From: Eledone cirrhosa
Lineage: Eukaryota
Assembly: GCA_964016885.1 (NCBI GenBank)
Contig: OZ024741.1
Location: 226,300,001 to 226,364,000 of the forward strand
Direction: 5' to 3'
Length of the DNA: 64,000 nucleotides
Shown: positions 59,706-64,000 of the stretch, one piece after another
How the letters are laid out: each line of letters opens with the position of its first letter
How positions within the stretch are numbered: position 1 is the stretch's first letter
Translations under genes and position numbers: made by a program
Notes under the pieces: model-generated
The model's database searches: none
The model's input: the letters and a program-made list of their open reading frames with translations, nothing else
Told to the model about the DNA's origin: nothing

Positions 59706-60860
59706 TGTGGATTGGCAGAATCGGTAGAGTGTCGGATACGATGATTTGCGGCATAGAGTTATGGCCATTTACGTTCTGAATTTAAATCCCGCCGAGGTTA
59801 GCTTTGCCTTTCATCCTTACGGGGTTCGATAAATAAAGTACCAGTCATGCATTGGGGTCGATTTAATCAACTTTTCCACTCCTCCAACTTTGCTGGTCTT
59901 TTGCCTAAATAAGAAACCATTATTTTGGGCGGTGGATTGGCAGTATCAGTAGAGGGTCGGACGCCATGCTTTCCAGCATAGTTATGTCCCTTTACGATCT
60001 GAGTTCAAATCCCGCCGAGGTTGTCTTTGCCTTTCATCCTTACGGGGTCGATAAAATAAAGTACCAGTAATGCACTGGGTTATTGCTGGCCTTGTGCCTA
60101 AAGTAGAAACAATTATTTTGGGCGGTTGATTGACAGTATCGAGGGAGCGTCGGGCAGCATGCTTCTCGGCATAGAGTTACTCCTGATGCTGTTATTTCTG
60201 CTGATGCTGTTGTTGTTGTTGTTGCTGATATTATTTTTGTTGCTGTTGTTGTTTTTATTGTTGTTGTGGCCTTATCGGTGAAGTCGGACGCCATGCTTTG
60301 CAGCAGAGAGTTACGGTCTTTTATGTTCTGAGTTCAAATCCATCAAGGTTAGTTTTGCCTTTCATCCTTACGGGGTCGATAAAATAAAGTCCCAGTAACG
60401 TACTGAAGTCGATTTTCCCTTTCCCTAAATTGTTGGCCTTGTGCCTAATTCAGAAACCATTATTGTCATCACCATTATTGTCATCACCATGGCATATGAT
60501 TGGCAGAATTGTTAGAGCGTCGGATAAAACACTTTGCAGTATTTGTTCCCCCTCGTTATATATATAAATTTTTTTTGTTCAAATCCCGCCGAGCTCAACT
60601 TTGCCTTTCGCTCTTCTTCGATAGATAAAATTAAGTACAAGTCAAATACTGAGGTCAATATAGTCAATTTTCCCAGCCTAAAAAATAACACCGCTATCGG
60701 TAGAGGGTCGGACGCCATGCTATCCTGCATAGTTACCTCTCTTTACGCTCTGAGTTCAAATCCGGCCGAGGTTAGCTTTGCCTATCAACCGTACGAGGTC
60801 GATAAAATAAAGTACAAGTAATGCACTGGGGCCTTTTGCCTATAGTAGAAATAATTATTA
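59706..60860 (+). mobile_element. Cluster of about six SINE family 1 copies
   Basis: Heads at about 59706, 59928, 60121, 60280, 60498 and 60695 with cores and 3' ends. Confidence 0.85.
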
Positions 60861-60950
60861 TTGACATCATCGTCATCGTTTCCTTCCACTGAACACTTAT
60901 AAAGACCTCTCTAAAACATTTTCACCCAAGTCCTTATGACCAACATTTGC

Positions 60951-61028
<78 letters not shown>

Positions 61029-61071
61029 TAATTCAAATATTAACAAAATAGATATTCTTGTGATCCAGTTA

Positions 61072-61137
61072 ATTTTATTATACATATTTCAGAGGTACTT
61101 GAATCAAGTTCAACAGTACGTCCTCATCAGATAAAAT
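61072..61137 (-). ncRNA. Hammerhead motif, family A
   Basis: Reverse complement of 61245-61310. Confidence 0.72.
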
Positions 61138-61244
61138 AAAATGATACATGACATACCCTGACATGTTAGATGGTTAAGATTTAATCAACTACCTTGATTA
61201 AATCCTAACCATCTAACATGTCAGGGTATGTCATGTATCATTTT

Positions 61245-61310
61245 ATTTTATCTGATGAGGACGTACTCTTGAACTTGATTCAAGTACCTCTGAAATATGT
61301 ATAATAAAAT
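61245..61310 (+). ncRNA. Hammerhead motif, family A
   Basis: ATTTTAT-CTGATGA-gg..TTGAActtgaTTCAA..-GAAA-TATGTA-TA-ATAAAAT. Confidence 0.72.
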
Positions 61311-61499
61311 TTAATTGATCACAAGAATATCTATTTTGTTAATATTTGAATTAATATTAATAACTATGGAAAATTTACTTGTAGAGTGCTTCCAATCTAC
61401 TGTAAAAGTCATTCTTTGATGTACTCATTGAATCTTGTTTAACTCTTTAATATATATATATATGTGTCTGTGTGTATGTGTGTATGTGTGTCTGTGTGT

Positions 61500-63450
61500 A
61501 TTAAATCATGCCCTTAGAATTTTCAACTCTTTCTCCTTCCCTCCTGGTGCCTCCCGCCTTCTCTTTACCCTGGACATCACTTCTCTTTATACTGCCATCC
61601 CTCATGATGACGGCCTCCGCGCTCTCCCGCATTTTTTTAGATTTACGCCCTACCCCTTACCCCAGCACTCTTCTCTGTCCGGCTGAGCTTGTTTTCACCC
61701 TTAATGGATTTTCTTTTTCGGGTGAATTTTACCAGCAGGTCTCTGGGGTAGCGATGGAAATCAGAATGGGTCCAAACTATGCCAACTTGTTTGTTGGCTA
61801 CGTCGAAGCCCAGATCTTCTCCCAGTACGGTGGACCTACTCCTGAGCTATATGGTCGTTATATCGACGACTGTATCGGCACCACCTCTCTATCACGAGAA
61901 CAGCTCAACTGTTTTCTTTCTTTTGTCCAATCTTTCCATCCTGCTCTCAATTTCACCGCCTCCGTCTCCGATTCTTCTGTCGCTTTTCTAGATATCTCTC
62001 TACCTATTAATCACTCTCACCACACCCTCTCTACTTCCATCTGCATTAAACCAACAGACTCCCAATCTTACCTCGACTTCACCTCCTCCCATCCAACCCA
62101 CGCCAAACACTCCATAGCCTATTCCCAATTCCTCCCTCCTCGTCGACTCTGTAGCCAGGACGACGATTTCGAAACCGATTCCCTTCGCATGGCTTCGTGC
62201 TTCATCCAGCGTCGATATCCCCCACCCCCACCTTGATCCAAGCTGCTCTCACCCGCGCCCGTGAAACAGACCACACCAACGCCCTCTCACCTCACCCCCG
62301 CCCTTCCAACACCCGTGTTCCTTTCCCTCTCATCTACCACCCCAGCACCCTACCACTCCGGTGAGATATCCTCCATTCCATCCGTATCCTCTCTTCTGAC
62401 CGAGTCACTTCTCGCTTTTTTCCAAACACACCCATTACTGCTTTTAAGCGCGCCCGAAACCTCCGCGACCTCCTGGTTCGTAGTTCTTGTTCGTCCTCTC
62501 CCACGACTCCACCCGGCTCTCATCCTTTTTCCCGTTCCCGATGCAACACTTGTCCCTTTATTTCCACCCTCACCACTCTTACAGGCACTAACGGGTCTTT
62601 CCGTATCCGTCATTCCTTCACCTGCACATCCACCCACGTTGTCTATGCCCTTCGTTGTTCCCTTTGCGGGTCTTTATATATCGGACAAACGGGACGCCGT
62701 ATGGCGGACATTTGAGGGACATTCGACTCGGTTTAGATACTGCTGTCGCCCATCATTTCTGTTCTCCTGGTCATTCTTCCCTACATGTTTCAGTCCTGGG
62801 TGTCCTTTTACATCATGGATCACACGTCTCGCGCACCAGGAGTGAACAAAGTCTGATTCAACATCTTGTGTCCTATTCCCCTCTTGGACTCAACTCACCT
62901 CCCCAATTTCTCTAATACCCCGTCTATTATCACACCCCTAGATTCCTATCGCTTTCTCTTTGCTCATAGCTTCATACTTACATGCACACACACTCTTTTA
63001 CTCACATATACACACATATCTCTTCTTAGCTTCGTACGGACCTATAATAACACACAACACACACACACACACACACACACGCGCGCGCGCACACATACTC
63101 ATGCTTACACACGTGCTCAAGTATAGCTCTTTTTAAAAGACTGTTTTTTTTCCATTTCACGTAGACGCGCGCCATCATCCACTTTTCTAAAAATCAAATC
63201 ATACACAAAACGCCAGCACCAACAGTTTTGGAAGAGATGTCAACATGAATGGACCTATTATTTTTATCTAAAGACATTTTTTCCAATTCCATCCCGCCCG
63301 TGCCCTTAATCTATTTTATTTCTCATTCTTTCTTCTGATGAAGGACTAGCTTCCGAAACGTTAAGACCCCCTTCCTGCTATATCAAGCGTTAACATAATA
63401 TATCCCTTCCATATACTGAACCGACTGTGTTATTATTTCTGTTTACCTTT

Positions 63451-63455
<5 letters not shown>
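61500..63455 (+). mobile_element. 5'-truncated Neptune-like Penelope element (RT + GIY-YIG, frameshifted)
   Basis: LDITSLYTAIPH, YQQVSGVAM..MGPNYANLF, RYIDD, FLD, KPTD..SSHP; RCNTCPFI linker; FTC..VVYALRCSLC..YIGQTGR; VAHHF; PLGLN; HHR in the 3' pLTR. Confidence 0.92.
63331..63366 (+). ncRNA. Minimal hammerhead in Neptune-like pLTR
   Basis: TCTT-CTGATGA-aGGActagctTCC-GAAA-CG-TT-AAGA. Confidence 0.75.
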
Positions 63456-63521
<66 letters not shown>

Positions 63522-63522
<1 letters not shown>

Positions 63523-63595
63523 GCCTCGTCTGACGAACGAATGAAGACGCTTCTTTCGTATTCGCCTCATTCGGGAAACTTCTGGTAATGAGGTA
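63522..63595 (+). ncRNA. Type I hammerhead with long stem II, family E (segment 63520-63700 in (TA)n)
   Basis: TGCCTCGT-CTGACGA-aCGAATGA..TCATTCGg-GAAA-CttctgG-TA-ATGAGGTA. Confidence 0.72.
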
Positions 63596-63694
63596 ATTAT
63601 ATTGTATTGATTTTTATACATTAAATTTTGCTCTGATACTTACATAGAGCACTCTTCACTTCTATGACCTTTTCTGTTTTCAACGGAAATTTCA

Positions 63695-63736
<42 letters not shown>

Positions 63737-64000
63737 GGAGTGCAACGTCATCATTACCCCAGCAGAGGTCCGACGAGCTTTTTTATTCAAGAATTGGGTC
63801 AGATTGATACAGATCGAACCTTGAGCTAATCAATAGCGAAACGCGCGTCACCAATCAATAAACGCAATGAAGACATAACAAATCGTCCTTGTATTATTGT
63901 ATATATGTTGATGGTAGTGGTTATGTTATTGGTGGGGATCGGTTGTTGTTGCTGTTGTTGTTGGTGGTGGTGTTGGTGGCGACTCAATCTTTCATTTATC

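Larger units (their letters stand above)
61027..61452. mobile_element. Inverted pair of PLE family A pLTRs
   Basis: About 165-bp palindrome centred near 61191; the right arm extends with the tail; TA flanks. Confidence 0.85.

Noticed and set aside
57955-59768. Poly-His/Met/Asp and Val/Leu-rich ORFs
   Set aside because: Low-complexity repeats open in most frames; a mucin-like exon cannot be strictly excluded but nothing supports it.

Overview
Repeat-saturated animal genomic DNA, probably octopus/cephalopod (inferred from the SINE families and the dense (TA)n/(CA)n/(TACA)n microsatellites). I recognise no host protein-coding exon; nearly all ORFs in the track are microsatellite artefacts. Protein-coding remnants are all from retroelements: R4-like restriction-like-endonuclease LINE fragments (2-895, 30121-30615, 38985-39560), RTE-like 3' fragments, a full-length but frameshifted Tx1/L1-clade LINE (48477-54270, minus) lying between (GATA)n repeats, and two Penelope-like element (PLE) bodies with GIY-YIG endonuclease (14998-18028 Hydra-like; 61500-63455 Neptune-like). 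There are also many tRNA-derived SINEs and three tandem hAT MITEs. The standout feature is a 4.6-kb array (3545-8162) of apparently identical, non-coding 466-bp units in two outward-pointing arms (about 5.6 + 4.3 units) inside a (TA)n tract. Each unit carries a minimal type I hammerhead ribozyme (HHR) with a palindromic ACTAGT stem III, an octamer motif and several hairpins, so it is a candidate retrozyme (circular-RNA-producing, PLE-mobilised element). A diverged relative with a canonical HHR lies at 35810-36370. About 20 intact-looking HHR motifs of several unrelated families occur in the window, mostly in short inverted pLTR-like insertions in (TA)n. All folds and alignments were done by eye and need computational and experimental confirmation.
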